Assembly: GCA_009914755.4 (NCBI GenBank)
Contig: CP086569.2
Location: forward strand, 20,640,001 to 20,704,000
DNA length: 64,000 nucleotides
DNA from: the human T2T-CHM13v2.0 reference genome, Homo sapiens
Direction of reading: 5' to 3'
Position 1 is the first letter of the stretch. Each line of letters opens with the position of its first letter. Positions 14,126-28,888 of this stretch are shown piece after piece. The notes under the pieces were generated by a model. That model was not told where the DNA came from and searched no databases. It worked only from the letters and a program-made list of their open reading frames with translations. A program made the translations under genes and the position numbers.

Positions 14126-16244
14126 ACTTTTAAGTTCAGAGGTTCATGTGCACTATATGATGGTTTGTTTTATAAGTAAGCCTGTGTGATAGGGTTCGTT
14201 GTACAGATTATTTCATCACCCAGGTATTAAGCCTAATATCCATTAGTTATATTTCTTGCTTCTCTCCCTCCTCCTGTGCTCCACTCACCCACTTATAAAT
14301 GAGAACATGCAGTATTTGGTTTTCGGTTCTGGCGTTTGTTTGCTAAGGATAATGGTCTCCAGCTGTGTTACTGCAAAGACATGATCTTGTCTTTTTTTAT
14401 GGCTGCATAGAAATCTATGGTGTATATTTACCACATTTTCTTTATCCAGTCTATCACTGACGAGCATTTGGGCTGATTCCATTGTCTTTGCTTTCGTGAA
14501 TAGCTGCAGTGAATGTACATATGCTGTTGTGAATACCTGCAGTGAACATACATGTGCATGTATCTTTATAACAGAATGATTTATAATCCTTTGGGATATA
14601 CCCAGTAATGGGATTGGTGGGGTTGAATGATAATTCTATCTTTAGGTCTTTGAGGAATTGCCACACTGTCTTCCATAATGCTGAACTAATTTACATTCCC
14701 ACCAGCAGTGTAAAAGCATTTCTATTTCTCCAGAACCTCACCTGAATCTGTTATTTTTTGACTTTATAATAATAGGTATTCTGACAGGTTTGGGATACTA
14801 TCTCATTGTGGTTTTGATGCGCATTTCTATAAGGATCAGTGATGTTGAGCTTTTTAAGATGTTTGTTGTCTACATGTGTATGTCTTGAGAATTGTCTGTT
14901 CATGTCCTTTGCCCACTTTTTAATGAGGTTCTTTGTTTTTTCCTTGTAAATTTGTATAAGTTCTTTGTGTATGCTAGATATTAGACCTTTGTCAGATGCA
15001 TAGTTTACAATTTTTTCCCATTCTGTACTTTGTCTATTTAATTTGTTGATGGTTTATTTGCTAGTGCAGAAGCTCTTTAGTTTAATTAGATGTCATTTGT
15101 TAATTTTTTCTTTTGTCACAATTGCTTTTGACATCTTCTTCAAGAAGTCTTTACTCCTGCCTATGTTCTGAATGGTTTTGCCTAGATTTGCTTCTAGGGT
15201 TTTTATAGTTTTGGGTTTTACATTTAAGTCTTTAATCCATCTTGAGTTAATTTTTGTATATGGAGTAATAAAAAGGTCCAGTTTCAATTTTCTCTATATG
15301 GCTAGCCAGTTTCTCACAGCACCATTTATTAAATAGAGAGTCTTTTCACCATTGCTTTTGTAAATTTTCTTGAAAATCAGATACTTGTAAGCATGTAGTC
15401 ATATTTCTGGGTTTTCCATTCTATTCCTTTGGTCTATGTGTCTGTTCTTTTATCAGTACCATGCTGTTTGGGTTACGGTACTTCTGTAGTGTAGTTTGAA
15501 GTTGGGAAGCATGATGAATTTAGTTTTGATTATGTTGCTTAAAATTGCCTTGGCTGTACAGTCTCTTTTTTGGTTTCACATGAATTTTAAAATAGATTTT
15601 TCTAGTTCTGTGAAGAATGTTAATGGTAATTTAATGGGTATAGCATTGGATCTATAAATTGCTTTGGGCAGAGTGGCCATTTAGTGATATTGATTCCGCC
15701 TATCTGTGAGCATGGAATACTTTCCATTTGTTTATGTCATCTCTTAGTTATTTGAGTAGTGATTTGTATTAATAGTTCTTCCTGTACAGGTCTTTCACTT
15801 CCCTGGTTAGCTGTACTTTAGGTGTTTTATTCTTTTTGTGGCTATGGTGAATGAGAGTTTGTTCATGACTTGGCTCTTGGCTTTACTATTGATGGTGTAT
15901 AAGAACGCTAATGATTTTTGCACATTGATTTTGTATTGTGAGATTTTGCTCAAGTTGTTTATCAGCTTAAAAAGCTTTGGGGCTGAGATGATGGATTTGT
16001 GTGCATATAGAATCATATTGGTTGCAAACAGGGATAATTTGATTTCCTCTCTTCCTATTTCAATATCTTTTATTCCTTTCTCTGGCCTGATTGCCCAGAA
16101 CTTTCAATACTATATTGGATACAAGTAGTGTCAGAGGACATCTTTGTCTTGTGCCAGTTTTCAAGGAAAATGATTCCAGCTTTTGCCTTTTCAGTATGAT
16201 GTTTGCAGTGGGTTTTTCATACATGACTTTCATTACATTATTTT

Positions 16245-16870
16245 GAGGTATGTTCCAGATATGGCCCCGATAAGTGGAGTAGCACTAGGATCCTTATTCT
16301 TGCACTGAATTGAATAAAATGACACGGACACACGTGAGTGGTTTTAAGGAGTGGAAACTTTAATAAGAAAGAAGCAAGGAAGAAGCAAACAGGTACCCTT
16401 ACAGATATGGAGTTGGGGAAGAGGGATTCTAACAAAGAGAAAATCCTGTGTGCAGAGAAAAGTTGCTGCTTATATGGGAAAGCTGGTGGAGGTGGTGTCT
16501 GATTTGCTTAGGGTTCAGGAGATTGGTTTGACCAGGCTTGCCATTTACATAGCCCAGAAAAAGTCTGGCCCTTCCACCCTAGCCTTTTAATATGCAAATG
16601 TAGGGCACCATGATGTTCTACACACATAGGGTATGTGGGGGTGGTCATTTTGCCAGGCACATGTAGGGGCAAGGAAGAAAAGGGCAGGAATTGTTATGTT
16701 TGGGTGGACCCAGTTTCTGATGGGCAGCATTTTCATATCATAGCTTGCTGCCCGGCTCTCTGAGCAGGGGCTATTCAGGTAGACAAGAAACATTTCTGGA
16801 GCTGCTTTCAAAGAAAAAAACTTCTGAAGGACCCCTTTCCCTCCCATCTGCTTATAGTAATTTTTTAATA
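16245..16870 (-). mobile_element. Solo LTR (ERV class I-like) inserted into the L1 copy
   Basis: About 620 bp of non-L1 sequence interrupt antisense L1 ORF2. Its reverse complement carries LTR R/U5-like motifs (...cttcttccttgcttctttcttattaaagtttccactccttaaaaccactcacgtgtgtccgtgtcattttattcaattcagtgcaag). Confidence 0.45.
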
Positions 16871-17167
16871 AATCCTACAACATTCCTTCCGTAACTGGTT
16901 TATTGAGAGTTTTTAACATGAAGTGATATTGAATTTTATCAAAAGTCTTTTCTGCATCTATTGAGATAATCATGTAGTTTTAATCTTTAGTTCTGTTTAT
17001 GCAATGAAACACATTTATTGATTGCCATATGTTTAACCAACCTTGCATTCTGGGCCTGAACCCTACTTGATTGTGGTGGATATGTTTTTTGCCATGCTGC
17101 TGGATTTGGTTTCTCAGTATCTTGTTTGGGATTTTTGTATCGGTGTTCATCAAAGATACAGGCCTGA

Positions 17168-17189
17168 GGTGGTGGTGGTGGTGGTGGTT
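17168..17189. repeat. (GGT)n microsatellite inside L1
   Basis: gaggtggtggtggtggtggtggttgtg. Confidence 0.8.
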
Positions 17190-17401
17190 GTGTCTCTGCC
17201 TGATTTTGGTATCAGGGTGATGCTAACTTTGTAGAATGAGTTAGGGAAGGGATCCTTTTTTCCAGTTTTTAAAAATAGCTTCAGTAGAAATGGCACCAGC
17301 TCTTCTTGGTACCTCTGATAGAATTCAGCTATTAATCCACCTGGTCCTGAGATTTTTTTCTCTCTATTTTTCTTCTCTCTATTTTTTTCTCTCTATTCTC
17401 A

Positions 17402-17914
<513 letters not shown>

Positions 17915-20689
17915 TTATAATTTCTGTTTTTTTACATTTTCTGAGGAGAGCTTTACTTCCAACTATGTGGTCAGTTTTGGAATAGGTGTGGTATGATGCT
18001 GAAAAAAATGTATATTCTGTTGATTTGGGGTGGAGAGTTCTGTAGATGTCTATTAGGTCCACTTGGTGCAGAGCTGAGTTCAATTCCTGGGTATCCTTGT
18101 TAACTTTCTGTCTCGTTGATCTGTCTAATGTTGACAGTGGGGTGTTAAATTCTCCCATTATTATTGTGTGGGAGTCTAAGTCTCTTTGTAGATCACTCAG
18201 GACTTCCTTTATGAATCTGAGTGCTCCTGTATTGGGTGCATATATATTTAGGATAGTTAGCTCTTCTCGTTGAATTGATCCCTTTACCATTCTGTAATGG
18301 CCTTCTTTGTCTCTTTTGATCATTGTTGGTTTAAAGTCTGTATTATGAGAGACTAGGATTGCAACCCCTGCCTTTTTTTGTTTTCCATTTGCTTGGTAGA
18401 TCTTCCTCCATCCTTTTATTTTGAGCCTACGTATGTCTCTGCACGTGAGATGGGTTTCCTGAATACAGTACACTGATGGGTCTTGACTCTTTATCCAATT
18501 TGCCAGTCTGTGTCTTTTAACTGGAGCATTTAGTCCATTTACGTTATGTGTAAATTTGATCGTGTCATTATGATGTTAGCTGGTTATTTTGCTCGTTAGT
18601 TGATGCAGTTTCTTCCTAGCCTCGATGGTCTTTACAATTTGTCATGATTTTGCAGTGGCTGGTACCACCTGTTCCTTTCCATGTTTAGCGCTTCCTTCAG
18701 GAGCTCTTTTAGGGCAGGCCTGGTGGTGACAAAATCTCTCAGCATTTGCTTGTCTGTAAAGTATTTTATTTCTCCTTCACTTATAAAGCTTAGTTTGGCT
18801 GGATATGAAATTCTGGGTTGAAAATTTTTTTCTTTAAGAATGTTGAATATTGGCCCCCACTCTCTTCTGGCTTGTAGAGTTTCTGCCGAGAGATCCGCTG
18901 TTACTCTGATGGGCTTCCCTTTGTGGTTAACCCGACCTTTCTCTCTGGCTGCCCTTCATTTGAACTTTGGGTAGTCTGACAATTATGTGTCTTGGAGTTG
19001 CCCTTCTTGAGGTGTATCTTTGTGGTGTTCTCTGTATTTCCTGAATCTGAATGTTGGCGTGCCTTGCTAGATAGGGGAAGTTCTCCTGGATAATATCCTG
19101 CAGAGTGTTTTCCAACTTGGTTCCATTCTCCCTGTCACTTTCAGGTACACCAATCAGACGTAGATTTGGTCTTTTCACATAGTCCCATATTTCTTGGAGG
19201 CTTTGTTCATTTCTTTTTATTCTTTTTTCTCTAAACTTCCCTTCTCACTTCATTTCATTCATTTCATCTTCCATCACTGATACCCTTTCTTCCAGTTGTT
19301 CGCATCGGCTCCTGAGGCTTCTGCATTCTTCACGTAGTTCTCGAGCCTTGGCTTTCAGCTCCATCAGCTCTTAAGCACTTCTCTGTATTGATTATTCTAG
19401 TTATACATTCGTCTAAATTTTTTTCAAAGTTTTTAACTTCTTTGCCTTTGGTTTGAATTTGCTCCTGTAGCTCAGAGTAGTTTGATCGTCTGAAGCCTTC
19501 TTCTCTCAACTTGTCAAAGTCATTCTGCATCCAGCTTTGTTCCGTTGCTGGTGAGGAACTGCATTCCTTTGTAGGAGGAGAGGCGCTCTGCTTTTTAGAG
19601 TTTCCAGTTTTTCTGCTCTGTTTTTTCCCCATCTTTGTGGTTTTATCTACTTTTGGTCTTTGATGACGGTGATGTACAGATGGGTTTTTGGTATGGATGT
19701 CCTTTCTGTTTGTTAGTTTTCCTTCTAACAGAGAGGACCCTCGGCTGCAGGTCTGTTGGAGTTTACTAGAGGTCCACTCCAGAGCCAGTTTGCCTGGGTA
19801 CCAGCAGCGGTGGCTGCAGAACAGCAGATTATCGTGAACTGTGAATGCTGCTGTCTGATCGTTCCCCTGAAAGTTTTGTCTCAGAAGAGTACCCAGCCGT
19901 GTGAGGTGTCAGTCTGCCCCTACTGGGGGCTGCCTCCCAGTTAGGCTGCTCTGGGGTCAGGGGTCAGGGACCCACTTGAGGAGGCAGTCTGCCCGTTCTC
20001 AGATCTCCAGCTGCATGCTGGGAGAACCACTGCTTTCTTCAAAGCTGTCAGACAGGGACATTTAAGTCTGCAGAGGTTACGGCTGTCTTTTTGTTTGTCT
20101 GTGCCCTGCCCCCAGAGGTGGAGCCTACAGAGGCAGGCAGGCCTCCTTGAGCTGTGGTGGGCTCCACCCAGTTGGAGCTTCCCGGCTGCTTTGTTTACCT
20201 AAGCAAGCCTGGGCAATGGCGGGCTCCCCTCCCCAAGCCTCGCTGCCGCCTTGCAGTTTGATCTCAGACTGCTGTGCTAGCAATCAGCGAGACCTCACTG
20301 GCGTAGGACTCTCCAAGCCAGGTGCGGGATATAGTCTCCTGGTGCACCGTTTTTTAAGCCCATTGGAAAAGCACAGTATTAGGGTGGGAGTGACCCGATT
20401 TTCCAGATGCCATCTGTCACCCCTTTCTTTGACTAGGAAAGGGAACTCCTTGACCCCTTGCGCTTCCTGAGTAAGGCAATGCCTCACCCTGCTTTGGCTC
20501 ATGCACGGTGTGCTACATCCACTGTCCTGAGCCCACTGTCTGGCACTCCCTAGTGAGATGAACCCGGTACCTCAGATGGAAATGCAGAAATCACTCGTCT
20601 TCTGCGTCACTCACGCTGGGAGCTGTAGACCGGAGCTGTTCCTATTCGGCCTTCTTGGCTGACTGAATAGGAACATTTGGCCTGACCTC

Positions 20690-22900
20690 AAAAGAATTTT
20701 TGGTTATTTCTTGTCTTCTGCTAACTTTTGGGTTCATTCACTGTCGGTTATCTAGTTCCTTTAGTTATGAAGTTAGGGTGTTAACCTGACAACCTTCTTT
20801 TTTTTTTTTTTAAAGTGGGCATTTATGCTATAAATTTCCCTGTTAATACTGCCTTTGCTGCATCCGAAAGATTCTGGCACATTGTAGGTTTGTTGTCATG
20901 AGTTTCAAATAATTTTTTGATTTCTGCCTTAATTTCATTATTTACCCAAAAGTCATGCAGAAGCAGGCCATCCAATGTCTATGCAAATTGTATGGCTTTG
21001 AGTGAATTTTTTAGTCTTGAGTTCTAATTTGATTGTGCTGTGGTCTAACAGACTGTTTATTTCCAGTTGTTTTGAATTTGCTAACGAGTGTTTTATTTCT
21101 AATTATTTTATCAATTTTAGATGAAGTGCTATGTGACAATGAGAAGAATGTATATTCTGTTGTGTTTTGATGCAGAGTTCTGCAGAACTTATCAGGTTGG
21201 ACTCTGTGAAGCCTGCAGGCCAGAATTGCTAAGGTGACAAAAAAGCAAAAAAAAAGTCAACTTCTCCTCTCTCTAGGAAGTCTGTCCCAGGAAGTTTTCA
21301 AACCTCTCTTGGCCAGAGAACATCAGTGGGAGTGATTGGAGGCCCTGGATGGGAAGTCCCGCCAAGTAAGGAGGAACACATAGGAACTTGCTTAAAGAAT
21401 AATTCTGCCCATGCTTTCATAGAGATAATGTGCTGTACTAGGGTACTGTCTGCCCCTGCATGGTTTGGACTTTGCTAAGACAACAGGCTGGAATGGCTGA
21501 GTTTTCCAAACAGCAAAGACCATGGCCCACCCCTCCCCTAGGCACTCCATCCAGGGAGAAATTAAAACTGCTGGAGAATATAGGTGGGGGTGGCTAGAGG
21601 CCCCAGTTGGGAGGCCCCTCCCCAGAGATAAGAAGCAGATTGATGTCCCACTTAAAGAAGCAGTCTAGCCACATTTTGGTAGAGCAGCTGTGGTGTGCCA
21701 GGGAGTCCCTTTCATCCCCTGGTCAGTTTTGTTTGCGCTCTCCTAAACCTGCAGGCTGGAACAGCTGAGCCATCCAAACAGCAAGGATGACAACCTTCCC
21801 TTTCTCCTAAGAACTCTGCCCCATTCAAGCTTGGCCCAACACTGTTGCCAGGGGCTGGCTGGAATTCCAAGCTGGTGAGTCTTATCCTATGAGGTGCCAT
21901 GAAAGTGGGGCCCACAGAAGGATGCTGCTCAGCTTCCTGGATTCAGCTCTCTTCCTAAGGTTATGTACAAAAATCTTATCTCTCACTTTGCCTGAGTTGC
22001 AGCTACCTTTGCTGGTGATCCTGGACCCAAAGTGTGCCAGCCTCTCCTGATACTCTGTGTGTACCTGAGCAGCTATTCTGCCAAGACTTCACACAGCTCT
22101 GTGCATGAAACCCAAGGCCTTAGTGAAGTGGGATCATGAGGGGATCTCCTAACTGGAGTGTTAAAAGATCCTTAGGAGAAACATTGAGTATTATTTCCCA
22201 GGGTGTACATTCGCTCACCACTTCCCTGTGTTAGGGGAGGTTCACTTGGCCACTTGTTACTCATGTTGTTGTTATTGTTTAAGTATTTATTTAGATGATC
22301 CATTAGATGATCCATTAAATGCCCAAAGTGGGGTTTTGAAGTCGACAATTATTATTGTGTTGGGGTCTATCTCTCTCGTTAGCTTAATAATCTTTTCTTT
22401 GTAAATCTTGATTCTCCAGCATTGGGTGCATGTAAATTTAAAATTGTTATATCTTTTTGCTGAATTGATCCCCTTATCATCATTTAATGGCCTCATTTTT
22501 GTCTCGAAATCTATTTTACCTGATATAAGTATAGCTACTGCTCCTCTATTTTGGTTTCCGTTGGCACATATTTGTGTCCTTATAAGGTGAGGTAAATTCT
22601 CTTGTAGACAGCATGTAGTTGTCTTCCCTTTTCATTTATTCACCTACTCTACATCTTTTGGTTAAAAAATTTAGTTTATTTACATTCATTATTATAGATG
22701 AGCAGGGACTTACTACTGACGTTTATTTGTATTTTTTTATTAGTCATTTTTTTCTTCATGTCGTTTTATACAAGTGACTTTTTTTTCTGCTTCTAGGGTT
22801 TAATTTCTTTATTTTTATATATTGTGTATCAATTATAGGTTTTGTATATGTGCTTACTAGTTTGCTTACATATAACATGTTATAACCAATTATTTTAAAT
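20690..22900 (-). mobile_element. Older LINE-1 ORF2 N-terminal region, antisense (20690-21200 and 22260-22900), split by a ~1.05-kb unclassified insert (21200-22260)
   Basis: The flanks are antisense L1 (...gtgggcatttatgctataaatttccctgttaatactgcctttgctgcatccgaaagattctggcac... and gtggggttttgaagtcgacaattattattgtgttggggtctatctctc...). The middle segment has no L1 similarity. Confidence 0.55.
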
Positions 22901-24057
22901 AAAAACAACTATAATCAAAATTTTAAAACATAGAAAAGTAAAAATCTCTACACTTTATATTCTCCTCTGTTTTATGTCTTTTGGTTGTCTTGTCTTTGTA
23001 TATTATCTGTCTCTTAAATGATGTAATTATCAGTTTTAACATATTGCTTCTTTAGTCTTTCTACTAAAGATATGAGTGGTTTGGACAACACGATTGTAAC
23101 ATTACAGTATTTTCTACTTGTGTATTTACTAGTAACATTGAGTTTTATAACTTCAGATGACTTGTTGCTCATTTCTGTTTTTTACTTTTCAGATTTCAAA
23201 CATTTAGGTTCAAGGGATGCAGATGCAGGTTTGTTACATGGATAAACTGCAAGTTGTGTAGATTTGGTGCACAGATTATCTTGTTACCCAAATAATGAGC
23301 ACAGTATGCTGTAAGCAGTTTTCTTTGCTCAGCCTCTTCTGGCCCTCCACCCTGAAGTAGATCCTGTGTCCATTATTGTCTTATTTCCATGTGTACTCAG
23401 TTTTAAGCTTATACATGTAAGTGAGAACATGCTATTTGGTTCTCTCTTCCTGTGTTAATTTGCTTAGGATAATGCCTTCCAGCTGCATCCATGTTGCTGC
23501 AAAGGACATAATTTTATTCTTTTTTTATGCTGTCTGGTATTCCATTGTGCATATATTTATTTTTATGTATGTACTTTTTAAATTCAGCTTACTGTTAATG
23601 GACACCTGGGTTAATTTCATGTCTTTGCTAGTACAAATAGTGCAGTAATGAACATATGTGTATATGTATTTCTATCATAGAATAATTTCCATTTCTTTGA
23701 GTATATGCTGAGCAGTGGGATTGCTGGGTCAAAGTTAGTTTTGTTCTAAGTTACTTGGGAAATCGTCAAACAAATTTCCACAATGCCTAAAGTAATTTAC
23801 ATAATCAGTAGCGGTGTATAAATGTTCCTTTTTCTCCACAACCTTGCCAGTATCTGTTATTTCTTGGTATTTTAGTAATAGCCATTCTGACTTGTGTGAG
23901 ATTACCTCTCGTTGTGTTTTGATTTGTAATTCTCTAATAACTAATGATGTTGAACATTTTTATATGCTGGTTGGCTGCATGTATGTATTATTTATAGAAG
24001 TGTCTGTATATGTCCTTTGCCCATTTTTAATGGGATTGTTTTCTGTGAGTTAATTTC

Positions 24058-24396
<339 letters not shown>

Positions 24397-24789
24397 TAAA
24401 CCTTTGTCAGATGCATTGTTTGCAAATATGCTGTCACCTTGGGTGGGTTGTCTGTTTACTCTGTTTACAGTTTCTTTTGCTATACAGAAGCTTTTCAGTT
24501 AAATTAGGTCTGACTTATCAATTTTTGTGTTTGTTGCAATTTTTTTTTGGAATCTTTGTCATAAAGTATTTTCCAGGGCCTATGTACAGAATGATACTCT
24601 CTAGGTTTTCTACTAGGGTTTTTAAATTTTTAGGCTTATAGTGAAATCTTCAATATATGTTTAGATTATTTTTGTATATGATAAAAGCAAGGGGTTCAAT
24701 TCAATTTTCTGCATATAAGTAGCCAGTTATCCTAGCACTATTTATTGAGTATAGAGGTTTTTCCTTATTGCTTGTTCTTGTTGACTTTG

Positions 24790-25640
24790 TCAAGGATCAC
24801 ATCTGAGCTGGAGCCATGGCAGAGGAACATAAATTGTGAAGATTTCATGGCCATTTATCATTTCCGAAATAATACTTTTATAATTTATTATGCCTCTCTT
24901 TAATCTCTTAATCCTGTTACCTTTGTGAGCTGAGGCTGTACGTCACCTCAGGACCACTGTGATAATTGTGTTAACTGTACAAATTGATTGTAAAACGTGT
25001 TTGAACAATATGAAATCAGTGACCCTTAAAAAGAACAGAATAACAATTTTTAGGGAACAAGGGAAGACAACCTTAAGATCTGACTGCTTGTGGGGTTGGG
25101 CAAAAAGAGTCATATTTTTCTTCTTGCAGAGAGCCTATAAATGGACGTACAAGTAGGAGAGATATCACTAAATCCTTTTCCTTGCAGAGAATATTAATAT
25201 TAATACCCTGGGAAAGGAATGCATTCCTGGGGGGAGGCCTATAAACGACTGCTCTGGGAATGTCTGTCCTATGCGGTTGAGATAAGGATGGAGATACCCC
25301 CTGGTATCCTGCAGTACCCCCGGGCTTACTAGGGTGGGGGAAAAAACTCTGCCCTGGTAAATTTGTAGTCAGACAGTTTCTCTGCTCTGGAACCCTGTTT
25401 TCCGTTGTTTAAGATGTTTATCAAGACAATATGTGCACTGCTGAACATAGACCCTTATCAGTAGTTCTGTTTTTGCCCTTTGCCTTGTGATCTTTGTTGG
25501 ACCCTTATCAGTAGTTCTGCTTTTTGCACTTTGAAGCATGTGATCTTTGTACCTACTCTCTGTTCTTACACCCTCTCCCCTTTTGAAAGCCTTAATAAAA
25601 ATTTGCTGGTTTTGAGGCTAAGGCAGGCATCACGGGCCTA
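24790..25640 (+). mobile_element. Solo LTR related to the HERV-K (ERV class II) LTR group
   Basis: Colinear with LTR5-type architecture (...gggaatgtctgtcctatgcggttgagataaggatggagatacccc... ...gatgtttatcaagacaatatgtgcactgctgaac... ...ccctctccccttttgaaagccttaataaaaatttgctgg). Contains a ~45-bp internal tandem duplication (gacccttatcagtagttctg(c)tttttgc, twice). Confidence 0.45.
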
Positions 25641-26349
25641 TGTGTGTGCATAGAGTTTTTTGTAATATTCTTTGATGGTTGTTAGTATTTCTGTGGTGTT
25701 AGTGGTAACATGCATTTTGTTGTTTTTGTCTTTATTTGGATCTTCTCTTTTTTCTTTATTAGTCAACTGGTAGTTTATCTTATTAATTTCTCAAAAGAAA
25801 ACAACTCCTGAATTCATCGATTACTGATTTTGGTTATTTTTTGTCTTCTTTACGTTTAGTGTTGGTTTCCTCTTGTTTCTGTAGTTTCATTAGTTGTGAT
25901 GTTAGGTTGTGAAATAGAGATCATTCTAACTTTTTGATGTGGATTTAGTGCTATGAATTTCCCCCTTAACACTGCCCTGCCATATCTCATAATTGGTATT
26001 ATGTTGTATATGTTCTTAAAATAACTTTTTAATTTCTGCCTTAATATAATTACCTACCTGTCATTCAGAAACTTGTTGTTTAATTTTCATGTAATTGCAT
26101 GATTTTGAATGAGTTTTTTTGTATTCTTCTATTAATTGAACTGTGGCCTTGGTGTATGTTGGATATGATTTTGGTTCTTTTGTATTTGCTGATTGTTTTA
26201 TATCCAAATATGTGGTTGACTCTAGAGTAGATGGTGATGAGAAAAATGTGTATTCTGTTGCTTCAGATTGAAGAGTTTTTGGGGAAGTCAATCAGATCCT
26301 TGTGGCTCCATGTTGCGTTCAGGTCCTGAATAACTTTGTTAATTTTTTA

Positions 26350-26767
<418 letters not shown>

Positions 26768-27958
26768 GAATTTAGGTGCTCCTGTCTTAGTATGTATTTA
26801 CAATACCTACCATTATATAATGCCCTTCTTTATCTTTTTTTTTTTAAATTTTTGTTGGTTTAACGTCTGTTTTGTTTGAAGTTAGGATTGGGCTCTTTTT
26901 CGGTTCTCCATTTCGTTTGTAGATTTGTTTCCATCTCTTTAGTTGAGCCTGTGGATATCTTTGCAGGTGCAATGTATCTCTTGAACAGAGCACAAAATGG
27001 GGTCTTACTTCTTTATCTAGATTACCACCCTGTGCCTTTTCATTGGGATATTTAGCCTATTTTCATTCAAGGTTAGTATTGATATTTGTGGATTTGATCC
27101 TGTCGTCATGTTGTTGGTTTCTCATTATGCAGTCTTGTTTATGTTATTGCTTTATCATGTCATTGGTTTGTGTATGCCAAGAGTTTTTGTTGTTGTTGTT
27201 GTTATTGTTGTTGTTTTTTCAGTGGCTGATAATGGTCTTTGCTTTCTGTACTTAGTGCTTTTTTAGGAGATCTTATACAGCAGGTCTAGTACTAATGAAT
27301 TCTCTCAAGATTTGCTTCTCTGAAAAAGATCTTATTTTTCACCTGTGAAGCTTAATTTGCCTTTATAGAATATATAAAATATAGCATATGTAAAATTCTT
27401 GGTTGAAATTTTTTTAAGAGTATTGAATATAAGCCCTCAATATTTTCTGGCTTGTGGAGTTTCTGCTGAGAAGTATTCTGTTAGTCTAATGGGCTCCCCT
27501 TTGTAGGTGACCTCACCTGCCTCTCTAGCTACCTTTAATATTTTTTGTTCCATTTTGTCCTTAAAGAATCTGATGATTATGTGTCTTGGGAATGATCTTT
27601 CTGTGAAATGTCTTGTTGAAGTTCTTTATGTTTCCTGAATTTAAATTTTGGCCTCTCCAGCTACATGGGGGAATTTCTTATAGATAATATTTTGAAGTAT
27701 GTTTTTCAGGTTGTTTCCATTCTTCTCATTTCTTTCAAGAATGCTAGTGAGTCATAGATTTGGTCTCTTTACATAAGCACATATTTTACAGAGATTTTGT
27801 TCATTCTTTTTATTCTTTATTGTTGTCTTATTTTGGAAAGCCGGTATTTGACCTCTTAGTCTTTTTTTATCAGCTTAGTCTGTTCTGCTTTGATATTTGC
27901 AAGTGCATTATGAAATTTTTATAGTGTGTCATTCAGCTCTATCAGGTTGATTATGTCC

Positions 27959-28396
<438 letters not shown>

Positions 28397-28490
28397 TAAA
28401 GGTTCCTTGTTGGAGAGGTAGTGCAGCCATTTGCGGGGGAATAAAAGGCACTCTAGATTTTTCAGTTGTCAGAGTTTGTGTACTGATTTC

Positions 28491-28888
<398 letters not shown>

